A stretch of 64,000 bases of DNA from an uncultured Nitrospiraceae bacterium (GTDB taxonomy: Bacteria > Nitrospirota > Thermodesulfovibrionia > Thermodesulfovibrionales > SM23-35), in the NCBI GenBank assembly GCA_963727775.1, contig CAVSHB010000003.1, positions 128,001 through 192,000 of the forward strand, read 5' to 3'. The notes under the pieces are model-generated. The model had not been told where the DNA came from and did no database searches. It saw only the letters and a list, made by a program, of their open reading frames with translations. This document shows positions 20,781-30,948 of the stretch, one piece after another. Made by a program: the position numbers and the translations under genes. The first letter of the stretch is position 1. Each line of letters begins with the position of its first letter.

Positions 20781-20804
20781 AACTATGTAATCCATTACAT
20801 AGTT
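20781..20804. promoter_or_regulatory. Perfect inverted repeat, candidate enhancer-binding-protein site
   Basis: AACTATGTAAT-CC-ATTACATAGTT, about 60 bp upstream of a sigma54 motif. Confidence 0.5.
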
Positions 20805-20863
20805 TAATGAAAATATTTTCCCACACCAGTTTTAAAATAACGTTATTTCAATTAGTTACAAAA

Positions 20864-20879
20864 TGGTATGACAATTGCT
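20864..20879 (+). promoter_or_regulatory. Sigma54 (-24/-12) promoter of the pilY1/minor pilin operon
   Basis: TGGTAT-GACAA-TTGCT. Confidence 0.65.
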
Positions 20880-20948
20880 TAATACTAACAGATTAAGTTC
20901 GTACAACTATGACGTTCTCTATAAATGCAGCTTTAGTGAGGTTAAATT

Positions 20949-21275
20949 ATGGAAAGAAAGAAAAAATTTTTACCGGCGTTAATTTTATTTCTTGCCTTTT
21001 CGGTTTTGAATATCTCTTTGGTGGGAGCGGGGGACGAGCTTTATCTGACCGGCATTCTGAAAAGTGTCAGTGTCCAGGCGGACAAAATTTCGGGCACAAT
21101 TGTGGTGGACGTGAAGTCCCAGAGCTGCCCGGGTTTGAGGACATTCAGTCTTGACGATGCCGTTAGACTGAAGGGACTTGAGGGGAAAAAGTTCTCTTTT
21201 GGCATCAATAGTTCGTCCTGCAAAGGCAATACGGTATATAAAATTATATCACCAATAATCAGGAACGGGGGATGA
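20949..21275 (+). CDS. Hypothetical exported protein (signal peptide, two Cys)
   Basis: Basic then hydrophobic N-terminus; overlaps the pilY1 start. Confidence 0.7.
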   Translation: MERKKKFLPALILFLAFSVLNISLVGAGDELYLTGILKSVSVQADKISGTIVVDVKSQSCPGLRTFSLDDAVRLKGLEGKKFSFGINSSSCKGNTVYKIISPIIRNGG

Positions 21276-24200
21276 ATATGGTGAAGAAATATCTTTTTAC
21301 GCTATTTACGGTTTTGATAAGTCTTGCGCTGTCGGGCGCATTCTCTTACAGCTATTCAGCCGCGCCTATGGGTTCTTATTGCCAGACGCCTCCTGTGGTC
21401 GCCTCTGCGGTGCAGCCCAATATCATGATTACTCAGGATGTGAGCGGCAGCATGAGCTGGTGCGGTTATTTCTCCCAGGCGGGTCAGAATTTTACATGTA
21501 CTCCGAGTAATAGTTGCACTCTTCCTATCTCATGCACCCAGAGCAGCTCGGGATCCTGCCAACAAATGGCTTGTGACCCCAATTGCACTTGTTCGGTAAG
21601 CCAGAATGCATGTGCCTCAACTGCCGACTGTGGGGGTGGGACGGCGGACACATGCCCCAGCAGTTGCGGCTACATTTCTACCACAACATATGATGGGTAT
21701 TTCAACCCGTCGAAATTTTATGATCAGGATTCGAACCTCATATGGCAGGAATGGACGTCGGGAAGCACGTGTAAGGTAGTTCCCAGTAAGGCCACATGCT
21801 ATACGACTCAAACGAACTATAATAACAGTTGTGTTCTAAAGGGCAGCACGTACGGCAGTGGCGCATACCCCGGTGCTGCGGCTTGCTCTCTTATCCCTAC
21901 CTGTAATAAAAGCGGCAATTACTGTTGTGCCACAGACACCACGCAATCGGGCAACTGCGGCAGTGCCTCGGGTAATTTCCTCAACTATATGCACATGCAT
22001 CGAATCGACATGCTTCGCTGGGCAATGACCGGAGGGACTCCGGCCAGTTGTACGTCGACAAATGCATACAAGCCCCTCTATTGTGATGCGGAGCAGTGGC
22101 AGACCGCTACCGCGACCGGGCAGGTGGGCGCTGCATGTACAGGGTCCGTATCCGGAACCGGCTGTTGCGGTGTTAATAACCTTTTGAACGGTGACAGCGT
22201 GTACCAAAGCGGGTGTGTCCTTAAAACCGCTGACGGATTCTCAGTCAAGGTCCCGTGGAGGAGGATTAACGGTTCCTGCAGTATCGGTTCTTCAACCAAC
22301 GTTACTCCCGCACTCTGCACAAGCGCCGGCGGATTGTGGACAACTTCCGGCGGCCTGGCCTATACCTTCATGACGCTTCCCGTGGTCCCAAGAATGGGTC
22401 TATTGGCCTTCGAAGATACTGGGCCAGTAGATGGGGTCTATATCGGGGATTATACGGCTACCGGAAGTACTACTAATGATCCGAATTCCATCAGCCTTTC
22501 ATTCCCCTACCAGAATCTCATCAGTCATATAAATTCAATACCGCCCCAAAATGGCACGCCCACCGGTCCGGCCCTATGGGATGTTTATAATTACTTTCAG
22601 CAGAACACGCCCAAATATACTGATAGTGGTTCTGCTGTCGCTTCTTTCAAAGGACTTACACCCCAGACCTCAACTTCGAGCACGGACATCTGGAGAAATC
22701 CCATGTATGACTGCGGGACGGGCGGTACAAATTGCGTTTTTGTACCCTGCGCAGGGAACTACGTGATCCTGATGTCGGATGGTGGGTGGAACACCCCGTC
22801 ATGCAGCATTAGTGGCAGTACCTCCTGTACAACAGCTACCAATGCGGACCCTGTTGTCCCTGCTTACTGCATGCATAATACCTTTTTGAATACCAAAAGC
22901 TCCATGTCGGCCAAAGTGAATTCGGTATACACCATTTCGCTTTTCCCGAGCTCATGTTCGATTTCAAAGACTCTATGCCAATCAACTTCAAACTGTACGG
23001 GAGGTACGGGCAACACTTGCGTGCTGGGGTACGGGGGCACGGCCTTGGAGAACGTATCAATGTACGGCTCCTTTAACAATTCGCAAAAAACCTGGCCGGG
23101 TAGTTTGACCGGCTTCCCTGCAACTTCCTGTACAGATAGCGTCGACTGTTCAAGTAGTGCCCAAGGGAGTCTATGTACGGCGCTGCCTGCTTCGTCCCCT
23201 GACTGGGACGCAAATGTGGATGGAATTCCGGACACTGCTTATACTGCCGTAAGTGCGTCGCAGATCAAAAGCGGCATCTTGACCGCGGTTCAGAGTATAC
23301 TTCAGCAGTCGACTTCCGGAACGGCGGCTTCTATTCTCGCAACCGGCCAGGGAAGCGGCGCAAATCTCGTGCAAGCGGTTTTCTATCCTCTGAAGCCTTT
23401 TGCCGACGCAAATGTCTCGTGGATAGGGGAGATGCAGAACCTGTGGTATTATATTGACCCGAAACTGCAGGTGAACAGCATAAGGGATGACACGGTCCAC
23501 GACTGGATATTGGAGCTCAAACAGGATAACGTAATCGTATTCAATTTCGATACCAGCACTAACCAAACAGTGGCGAATTTGTTCACGGACGCCACCGGAA
23601 CCGGCAATCCCGTGACTTTTCGGATTACAGAGCCGCTGGCTCAGGTTAATAACCTGTGGGAGGCGGGAACCATGTTGTGGTCCAGAAACCTGACAAGTCT
23701 TCCGAGGACCCTCTACACCTCAACGACCGGCAGCTCATTGACAAATTTCAGTACAACAAATGCATCAACTTTGCAGAACTATTTGCAGGCTTCTTCGACG
23801 CAGGAGGCGACGAATCTTATCAATTATACAAGCGGTATCGATGTCCAGTATTGTTCGATTTCCATGAATACGTGCACCTCAAATGCAAACTGCACTGGGG
23901 GTTCAGGGGATACTTGTACTGCATACAGACCGAGGACTGCTGCACTATCGACGACGGCCCCGAATAATACGGACAAAGTCTGGAAGTTGGGAGACGTCAT
24001 CTCATCAACTCCGATAATCGAATCATGGATACCACTTAATACTTATTATTTGGCCTATCACGACCAGAGTTATTATCAATATATACAATCTCTCAATTAT
24101 ACACAGAGGGGAGAGGCATATGCCGGTGCAAACGACGGAATGCTCCATGCCTTCAACTTTGGATTGCTGTCGATAATCAATAGCTCTTCAGACCAGTTCA

Positions 24201-25918
24201 AGATAGCGCAACTAACCAACAATTCAAGCACGTTAGGCCTCGGGGACGAGCAGTGGGCATATATCCCAAAGAATTCGCTACCCTATCTCAGGTACTTAGC
24301 CAGCCCTAACTACTGCCATCTCTTCTATGTGGATGGGGCATCCTATCTCTTTGATGCAAGCATCAATGCGCCTTCAGGGTGCTTGTACAGCGATTATTCT
24401 CTTTGTACGAGGCAAACGAAGTGTCAAGGGAACCCAGTTGTAGGGAACGTAGCGTGCCAAGCGACTGGGGCTGCGTCAACCAATACTCTGGATTTGACCA
24501 ATACAAGCTGGCGGACGATCGTTATCGGATACATGGGAACGGGCGGCGCATGCAGGCAGACCGCAGGCAGTTGCAGTGTGAAAGTCTGTTCTCAGCATTC
24601 CGGGACGACATGTACCGCGAACAGTAATTGTCCGAATTATTCCACTGGCGGCGAAACATGCCTGCCTGCTTGCGTATTGGCGCCCACCACGGACCCCTTC
24701 AACACTGCGAACAGCCTGGGGTATTCAACCTATTTTGCCCTGGATGTCACAACGCCCACGAGTCCGGCCCTTTTATGGGAGTTTTCCGACCCCGGCCTCG
24801 GGTTTTCGACGGCCGGACCAGCTGTGGTGAGGGTCAACGGCAACGCACCGGCATCGACGGCCAACAGCAGCACGAACGGCAAGTGGTTCGTTGTCCTTGC
24901 TTCCGGCCCTACAGGCCCCATAGATCCGGCATCCTACCAGTTCCTGGGGAGCTCAGACCAGCACCTCATGCTATATATCCTTGACCTGAAAACCGGCGCC
25001 TTGCTGAGGACCATCGATACGGGACTGACGAACGCCTTTGCCGGTTCTATGTTGGATGCTACTATTGATACCGACAGTTGGAATTCCGGCTCGACGGGGG
25101 CCTACGAGGACAATGTGATTTATATTCCTTACACGCAACTGTCCGGAGGGAGCTGGGTGGGTGGGGTGTTGAGACTGACAACCGGGGGAAGTGCAGGCGA
25201 AGACTCTAATGTTAATAACTGGAAATTGAGCACCGTAATAACCGTCCCCGGAGCTGTCACCGCAAGTGTCTCTCATGTCCAGGATTTTACAAATCACAAA
25301 TTGTGGCTCTTTTTCGGGACGGGCAGGTATTTCTATAAAATAGGCAGCACCATCGATGACGCGAATACTCAACAGTATATTTACGGAATAAAAGATCCAT
25401 GTTACTCGGACTCAAATGTGACCCCGGATACATACGATATGTCTTGTACAAGCTCTGTTTCTGTCTCTGGTCTGAACAATTCGACAACGACCCCTCCGTC
25501 TACGGAAGCGGCCACGGGGTGGTACATAAAACTTGACGGTTCAGGAACCACTTACATGGCGGAAAGGGTAGTTACCAATCCCATTGGAGCATTTACTGGC
25601 GCCGTGTTCTTCCCGAGCTTTGAGCCCTCTTCCACCCCATGCGGATTCAGCGGGAATACATTTCTCTGGGCGGTAAATTACAATACGGGAGGGTCTCCGC
25701 CCGCTGCGGCCCTTCAGGGAATGGCATTGATTCAAGTATCCACAGGACAGGTGGAGCAGGTGTCGATGTCGACTGCGTTCTCGGATAAGGTCCCCAGTGG
25801 CGGAACTCAGGGCAGAAGGTCACTACCTTTTACGGGCCTCCCTCCAAAAGGCAAGGGTTTGTCTGTGGTCACTAGTCCGCCACCCGTGAAAAAGATCTTA
25901 CATATGCAGCAAAAATGA
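21272..25918 (+). CDS. pilY1: PilY1/PilC-like type IV pilus tip adhesin, Cys-rich
   Basis: Signal peptide, MIDAS DVSGS, DWDANVDGIPD Ca-loop, KLGDVISSTP, AGANDGMLHAF, LFFGTGRY; followed by minor pilins. Confidence 0.9.
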   Translation: MNMVKKYLFTLFTVLISLALSGAFSYSYSAAPMGSYCQTPPVVASAVQPNIMITQDVSGSMSWCGYFSQAGQNFTCTPSNSCTLPISCTQSSSGSCQQMACDPNCTCSVSQNACASTADCGGGTADTCPSSCGYISTTTYDGYFNPSKFYDQDSNLIWQEWTSGSTCKVVPSKATCYTTQTNYNNSCVLKGSTYGSGAYPGAAACSLIPTCNKSGNYCCATDTTQSGNCGSASGNFLNYMHMHRIDMLRWAMTGGTPASCTSTNAYKPLYCDAEQWQTATATGQVGAACTGSVSGTGCCGVNNLLNGDSVYQSGCVLKTADGFSVKVPWRRINGSCSIGSSTNVTPALCTSAGGLWTTSGGLAYTFMTLPVVPRMGLLAFEDTGPVDGVYIGDYTATGSTTNDPNSISLSFPYQNLISHINSIPPQNGTPTGPALWDVYNYFQQNTPKYTDSGSAVASFKGLTPQTSTSSTDIWRNPMYDCGTGGTNCVFVPCAGNYVILMSDGGWNTPSCSISGSTSCTTATNADPVVPAYCMHNTFLNTKSSMSAKVNSVYTISLFPSSCSISKTLCQSTSNCTGGTGNTCVLGYGGTALENVSMYGSFNNSQKTWPGSLTGFPATSCTDSVDCSSSAQGSLCTALPASSPDWDANVDGIPDTAYTAVSASQIKSGILTAVQSILQQSTSGTAASILATGQGSGANLVQAVFYPLKPFADANVSWIGEMQNLWYYIDPKLQVNSIRDDTVHDWILELKQDNVIVFNFDTSTNQTVANLFTDATGTGNPVTFRITEPLAQVNNLWEAGTMLWSRNLTSLPRTLYTSTTGSSLTNFSTTNASTLQNYLQASSTQEATNLINYTSGIDVQYCSISMNTCTSNANCTGGSGDTCTAYRPRTAALSTTAPNNTDKVWKLGDVISSTPIIESWIPLNTYYLAYHDQSYYQYIQSLNYTQRGEAYAGANDGMLHAFNFGLLSIINSSSDQFKIAQLTNNSSTLGLGDEQWAYIPKNSLPYLRYLASPNYCHLFYVDGASYLFDASINAPSGCLYSDYSLCTRQTKCQGNPVVGNVACQATGAASTNTLDLTNTSWRTIVIGYMGTGGACRQTAGSCSVKVCSQHSGTTCTANSNCPNYSTGGETCLPACVLAPTTDPFNTANSLGYSTYFALDVTTPTSPALLWEFSDPGLGFSTAGPAVVRVNGNAPASTANSSTNGKWFVVLASGPTGPIDPASYQFLGSSDQHLMLYILDLKTGALLRTIDTGLTNAFAGSMLDATIDTDSWNSGSTGAYEDNVIYIPYTQLSGGSWVGGVLRLTTGGSAGEDSNVNNWKLSTVITVPGAVTASVSHVQDFTNHKLWLFFGTGRYFYKIGSTIDDANTQQYIYGIKDPCYSDSNVTPDTYDMSCTSSVSVSGLNNSTTTPPSTEAATGWYIKLDGSGTTYMAERVVTNPIGAFTGAVFFPSFEPSSTPCGFSGNTFLWAVNYNTGGSPPAAALQGMALIQVSTGQVEQVSMSTAFSDKVPSGGTQGRRSLPFTGLPPKGKGLSVVTSPPPVKKILHMQQK

Positions 25919-26523
25919 AACAGGACGGGGTCACGTTGATAGAGTTAACGATCGTTATCGCCATAATCATTATTCTGGCTGTTGCAGTGGGATTTGAGTT
26001 TACGGGTTGGATGGCGCGGTACAAAGTGGAGAGTCAGATCAAGACGATGCATATTGACCTGATGACCGCCCGCCAAAGGGCGATGGAAAAACTTAATGTA
26101 CAATATGTGGTCCAACTGCCGGCGCTGAACGGGAAAAGCTATACTATCTGTGAAGACGCCAACCTCAATAATATCTGTGACGCTCCTGCGGAGACAACGA
26201 ATTCAACCATCTCGCAGACCCTTTCAAAGAGCGGTCTCAACTATCTCATCACGTGGAACCTGCCGGGAGGAGCGGGAGCGCAGATAGTCATGACCCATAG
26301 CGGATCGGTCCAGACAGCTCAGGGCGCAGGAGGTGCTCTCTTAGACCCGTATGATAACGCCGGCCTCCCTTATAATATCTGGCTCCTCAATCCAAGTACC
26401 ATGGCGGCTTATGGACCCACGGCGACCAACACGGTAAATGAGGTTGATTATGACTGCATCTCGCTGTCCACGACAAGGATTGATGTGGGGAAGTATGACG
26501 GTGCGACCTGTGTTATCAAATAA
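25915..26523 (+). CDS. FimT/FimU (GspH-like) minor pilin
   Basis: G|VTLIEL prepilin site, ...DLMTARQRAM. Confidence 0.8.
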   Translation: MKQDGVTLIELTIVIAIIIILAVAVGFEFTGWMARYKVESQIKTMHIDLMTARQRAMEKLNVQYVVQLPALNGKSYTICEDANLNNICDAPAETTNSTISQTLSKSGLNYLITWNLPGGAGAQIVMTHSGSVQTAQGAGGALLDPYDNAGLPYNIWLLNPSTMAAYGPTATNTVNEVDYDCISLSTTRIDVGKYDGATCVIK

Positions 26524-26983
26524 TAGAGGGTTCACTCTCATAGAGATGCTGATAGCCATGGTTATCATCCTGGTGTCTATCCTCGGTCTTGTGCAGGCTG
26601 CGTTCCTTTGCATAGACAACAACTTAAAGAACCTCCTCCGGGACGAAGCGGTGAGGATCGGCGAGGAGCAGCTGAATGTGTTCAAGAGTCTACCCGTTAA
26701 CAATGTCCCCTATAATCCACCGAATTCTTCTGGCCTGAAGGCGACGAATAATCAAGCTATATATTTAGGTACTAATATTAATAATGCTATCGTAAGGTAT
26801 TTCGGGACCTTTCCCGGAATCTACGCTGTATATTTGACTATCCAAGATCTGAATGTGGACGGCTCACAAAAGAGCATACAGGTGTATGTCGGGTGGAATT
26901 TTAAGAATGAATCGGCTTTACCGCAGCAGCCTACGAACAAGGAGTTCCAGTATATGATAAGTTCCATAGTGGCGGTTCAATAA
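26495..26983 (+). CDS. pilV: PilV-like minor pilin
   Basis: RG|FTLIEML prepilin site; start at MTVRP. Confidence 0.75.
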   Translation: MTVRPVLSNNRGFTLIEMLIAMVIILVSILGLVQAAFLCIDNNLKNLLRDEAVRIGEEQLNVFKSLPVNNVPYNPPNSSGLKATNNQAIYLGTNINNAIVRYFGTFPGIYAVYLTIQDLNVDGSQKSIQVYVGWNFKNESALPQQPTNKEFQYMISSIVAVQ

Positions 26984-28272
26984 TGATGCGGGATAAGCAC
27001 GGATTCACTCTGGTGGAACTGATAGTCACCCTTGCGGTGTTCATGCTCGTCATCTCCGCCGCCATCTCGATCTTGATCCCCCTTGTGGGCCAGTTTAAAC
27101 GACAGAGCAAGATCGCTGAGACGAACATACAGGGGCTTGTCGGCCTCGAGATTTTAAAAAAGGATCTGGAGCAGGCCGGATACGCTCTTCCCTGGTATTT
27201 CAATAATCCTATTGCCTATACGGAAACCTTAAACAACGGCGTTGCACCTGCAAACCGCGCAGCGGTAACTGACGCGCCGAACAATCCGCCCAGGGCTATA
27301 GCGGCCCTCAACAAGATTACTTTCAACAACCAGCCGGTAAACGGGAATAATAGTATTACCGGAATAGTGACCAATTCTGATTACCTGGTGATCAAGTCTG
27401 TCTCGGTGAGCGGAACCCCCACGGCCCAGAAGTGGAGCTATATATCCACTACGAACATACCGAAGCCAAGGTTATGGGGGACCAACGATCTGTTGAATAC
27501 CGACAATGTTATTGTGATCAATCCTGAGCAAAGTACCTCAAGACTCAGGGTACTGATGAACGACCCTATAAACCCAGCGGCATTTTACACCACCTTCTCC
27601 CAAACGAATTTCCCGGCCGCTTTCTCTCCCAACAACGGCATCCAGATCCCACCAACAATCCCGCCGACCCCGACCCTCACATATATGATATACGGGATTG
27701 ATACCAAGCCTTTGACCATGCCTTTCAATAGGGCCGACTATTTTGTCGGAATTCCTGCCACTTTGCCGACAAGATGTGCTTCCGGTACAGGGGTCCTTTA
27801 CAAAGCCGTCTTAGATCAGGACGGTACGTTCCATCCGAGCAAGACAACACCACTAGTTGACTGCGTGGCCGATATGCAAGTGATCTTCGGACTGGATATG
27901 GACGGGGATGGGACCATCGGCACTTATTCGAATGCGGACGGTTCGACCGCGGGAGATGCAGTGAATATCACCGGGGAGACAGAAGGGGCGGCGGCCTCTG
28001 TGCCGGGAGTACTGACAACCAATCCGGACCTTGCGAACTACAGAAGCAGTGTAGTGGAGGTCAGAGTCTATATTCTTGCCCATGAGGGGCAAAAGGACCC
28101 TACATTTACCTTTCCAGCCGCAATGAATCCGATAAATGTGGGAAGCCTGTGGAATGGTGACACCGCGCAATATGGAAGGCAATTTGACCTTACGACACTT
28201 GGAGACCCCGACTGGATGCGCTACAGGTGGAAGGTGTATACAATGGTTGTGAAACTTCAAAATATGAGGTAA
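26983..28272 (+). CDS. pilW: PilW-like minor pilin
   Basis: HG|FTLVEL, DLEQAGY, MQVIFGLDMDGDG. Confidence 0.8.
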   Translation: MMRDKHGFTLVELIVTLAVFMLVISAAISILIPLVGQFKRQSKIAETNIQGLVGLEILKKDLEQAGYALPWYFNNPIAYTETLNNGVAPANRAAVTDAPNNPPRAIAALNKITFNNQPVNGNNSITGIVTNSDYLVIKSVSVSGTPTAQKWSYISTTNIPKPRLWGTNDLLNTDNVIVINPEQSTSRLRVLMNDPINPAAFYTTFSQTNFPAAFSPNNGIQIPPTIPPTPTLTYMIYGIDTKPLTMPFNRADYFVGIPATLPTRCASGTGVLYKAVLDQDGTFHPSKTTPLVDCVADMQVIFGLDMDGDGTIGTYSNADGSTAGDAVNITGETEGAAASVPGVLTTNPDLANYRSSVVEVRVYILAHEGQKDPTFTFPAAMNPINVGSLWNGDTAQYGRQFDLTTLGDPDWMRYRWKVYTMVVKLQNMR

Positions 28273-28274
28273 AG

Positions 28275-28967
28275 ATGAAACGCGTATATGATAACGAACG
28301 AGGGTTTGCACTGGTGATGGCCTTAATCCTATCTGTCGTTGTCCTTGCAACGGTCTCTGCACTGCTTTACCTTATTATTCAGGGAACTTCTATGTCTGGC
28401 TACCAGAAAAGATATGAGACTTCGCTGGAAAGCGCCAAGGGCGGAGTGGATTTTGTGACAAAAGCGATCATTCCCCTAACCATAGGACAAGTGAGTGCGG
28501 CAGCTTTGACAACAATTGAAGGCACCCTCCAGGGCCAATACAACAACGTCGCGGCCGCATTCCCACTTAATCTGCAGTTTCCATTTACGACCCCCACCTG
28601 CTTATATGCAAAACTGACCCAAACGACGTGGGTTGGCACAACAGATAACTGGCAAGTTGCAGGATGTTCTGCCGACATGGAATCCCAGTCTCTAATCAAG
28701 ACCAACGGCACAGTAGTTTCTGACGTGTCATTTGTGCTTCCCGGTCCCACGACGGCACAGGATTTCATAGTCTATGCGAAAATCGTTGACACGGTATTAG
28801 GCAGTACCTCCACATCCGGGTTGAATTTGGGAGGGAGCGGAGTAGTTGGGTCAGGCGGGTTGTTTTCCGCTGGACCCAATCCCTACATATTCACGATAAA
28901 CATTCAGGCGCAGCGGAAAGCCAATCCCGACGAACAGGCAACTCTTTCGGTACTCTATGCCTATTGA
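28275..28967 (+). CDS. pilX: PilX-like minor pilin (no Glu5)
   Basis: NERG|FALVMALIL; start MKRVY at 28275. Confidence 0.8.
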   Translation: MKRVYDNERGFALVMALILSVVVLATVSALLYLIIQGTSMSGYQKRYETSLESAKGGVDFVTKAIIPLTIGQVSAAALTTIEGTLQGQYNNVAAAFPLNLQFPFTTPTCLYAKLTQTTWVGTTDNWQVAGCSADMESQSLIKTNGTVVSDVSFVLPGPTTAQDFIVYAKIVDTVLGSTSTSGLNLGGSGVVGSGGLFSAGPNPYIFTINIQAQRKANPDEQATLSVLYAY

Positions 28968-28973
28968 CTAGTT

Positions 28974-29741
28974 ATGAACAGTAAGACTGATCATCTTTTT
29001 TTGTTATGGTGCATTCCCTGCTTCATCCTTGTTTTCTGCCTTTGCTCATGCAGCTCTCAAAAAGCGGAGACCGGGAAGACCGCAGACCAGAGCGGCGGCG
29101 GTACAATGTCCAAACCTTTGGAGAGTGCCGGACCGACAGAGGCTGGCTCATTGTCTCCCCCCATAGAAAAGGAAGTGGAGAACGGCCCGGAGGCCTTGTC
29201 AAAAAATGCGCCTAAGGTCGACAAGGCAAGATTTCTGATCGAGCTCGTGAACGGGACCGATCGCTTGAAGGTGGTGGCAGAGGGTAGCGACAAAAATGGG
29301 AACAAGGTTTCTTTAAGATTCCAATGGACAAAAAACGGTGAGCCGGCAGGTGAGGGAGATACAATAAGCGGGTTTAAACGGGGGGACAAGGTATCTGTGA
29401 TGATCACGCCTTTTGACGATCGGGGTAATGGCCTTGCAAGAAGCTTAACAACCGAGATAAAGAATACACCTCCAAGTATCGTTGAGCACCAGGAGACAAA
29501 CTTCGACGGCAAGGTATGGAGCTATCAGGTAAAGGCCACAGACGCTGACGGCGATCCTCTGACCTATTCCCTTAAGTCCGCACCCCCCGGCATGACTATC
29601 GATCCTTCAACAGGATTAATAAAATGGAATGTGCCCCCCGATTTCATGGGGAAAGCTTCATTTGCTGTATCCGTCGCGGATGGACATGGCGGCGAGGCAT
29701 CGCAAGACCTTGCACTCGATATTAAAACGGAGCAGAAGTAA
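28974..29741 (+). CDS. Putative lipoprotein with Ig/cadherin-like (He_PIG-type) domain
   Basis: Lipobox-like LCSC; NTPPSI...YQVKATDADGDPLTYSL.SAPPGMTIDPSTGLIKW. Confidence 0.75.
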   Translation: MNSKTDHLFLLWCIPCFILVFCLCSCSSQKAETGKTADQSGGGTMSKPLESAGPTEAGSLSPPIEKEVENGPEALSKNAPKVDKARFLIELVNGTDRLKVVAEGSDKNGNKVSLRFQWTKNGEPAGEGDTISGFKRGDKVSVMITPFDDRGNGLARSLTTEIKNTPPSIVEHQETNFDGKVWSYQVKATDADGDPLTYSLKSAPPGMTIDPSTGLIKWNVPPDFMGKASFAVSVADGHGGEASQDLALDIKTEQK

Positions 29742-29800
29742 GAGTAATTATTCCGGCATGTTATCAAGTGCTATGGCTAATTTTAAATAAAAATAATTGA

Positions 29801-30625
29801 TCAATCCTCTTCGACAATAGACTTCTTCAACCACAGCTGCCATTTATCCTTCTCGTCTTTACCATATTGCTCCCCTGTGATATTGCGAAGAGCACGGGCG
29901 GCCCACTCACCGTCTTCGTCAGCCAGCCGTTTGTATAAAAAAGGCGCTGCTCCGAGCGCATATTTTCCCATCTCGCCCATAACCTTTGCGGCCCCGACCC
30001 AAATAGTCGGATCGTCAAGGGCTTCACAGAGAGCAGATAAAGAAATTCTTGCGATACGACGTTTGAGTGCAGCATCACTCGACTTCATAAGATTCTCAAA
30101 AGTACTAATCGCAGCCATTCTTATATTATTGGTTTGATCATTTAGGCTGTGGGCATAAAACTCAATACGTTGATCATCAATCGCAAAAGGCGCTATTTTC
30201 GATAGCGTCTGAAAAGCCATCAGCCGCAATTCCTTCACAGTTTCGCTTTTGTACCTGGCAACTCCTATCAATATCGGCACAGCATATTCGGAAACTATAC
30301 TTAATCTAAGGCGTGCATCCTCACGCGGGGGAGATTGATTATAAAAGAAAAGACAATTTTCAATAGCGACGTCAAAAGTTTTTAATGCACTTTCGCGGAT
30401 CTCGATAGATTCACCATTTGTCACTGTTCTTATAATTGCTTGGGAAATTGCCTTTAAATCACCTTTATCGCTGGAAGTTAAGAAAATAGATTTAAGCTTG
30501 GCAAGAGCATCAACACGCTCGTTATGTGATAACGAACTGTTCCGTAATATTTCAAGCGCATCGATAATTTTAGTATTCTTAGTTGAGACTTCATCCGACT
30601 TAAATAACCTACTAAGGAATCCCAT
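29801..30625 (-). CDS. HEAT/ARM-repeat protein
   Basis: IRESALKTF, LRLMAFQTL, IRMAAISTF, AAKVMGEMG, AARALRNITG..W..W; start MGFLSRLF with GGAGG RBS. Confidence 0.7.
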   Translation of the reverse strand: MGFLSRLFKSDEVSTKNTKIIDALEILRNSSLSHNERVDALAKLKSIFLTSSDKGDLKAISQAIIRTVTNGESIEIRESALKTFDVAIENCLFFYNQSPPREDARLRLSIVSEYAVPILIGVARYKSETVKELRLMAFQTLSKIAPFAIDDQRIEFYAHSLNDQTNNIRMAAISTFENLMKSSDAALKRRIARISLSALCEALDDPTIWVGAAKVMGEMGKYALGAAPFLYKRLADEDGEWAARALRNITGEQYGKDEKDKWQLWLKKSIVEED

Positions 30626-30770
30626 TCTTTTGTAGCCTCCTTGTACAGTGAGGAGATAACTCACCATCCTAAACTTACAATTTTTCGCAATTTCTGTCAA
30701 TAAGATGCGGAGAGGCGTCGCAAAGTTTTAACCTCGAAATTAAATCTGAGCAGCAAAACAAATACTCATT

Positions 30771-30851
30771 TCTACAGTTTGCTTTAATTTTTTTAATAGT
30801 GCACAAACCTATCTACAGTTTGCTTTATTTTTTATAATAGTGTACAAAGCT
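30771..30851. repeat. Two-copy ~41-bp tandem direct repeat
   Basis: Two near-identical units beginning tctacagtttgcttta and ending taatagtg(c/t)acaaa. Confidence 0.8.
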
Positions 30852-30948
30852 GTCATTTTTAATTTTTAACAAACAATTCAACAAGTTAATAGGATATCGG
30901 TCGTTTCAAAAATAATGCACTGGCTGAAGAAATAGAGCGAGAAAGAGA

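Noticed and set aside
30771..30851. Possible CRISPR array
   Set aside because: Only two adjacent copies, no spacers, no cas genes.
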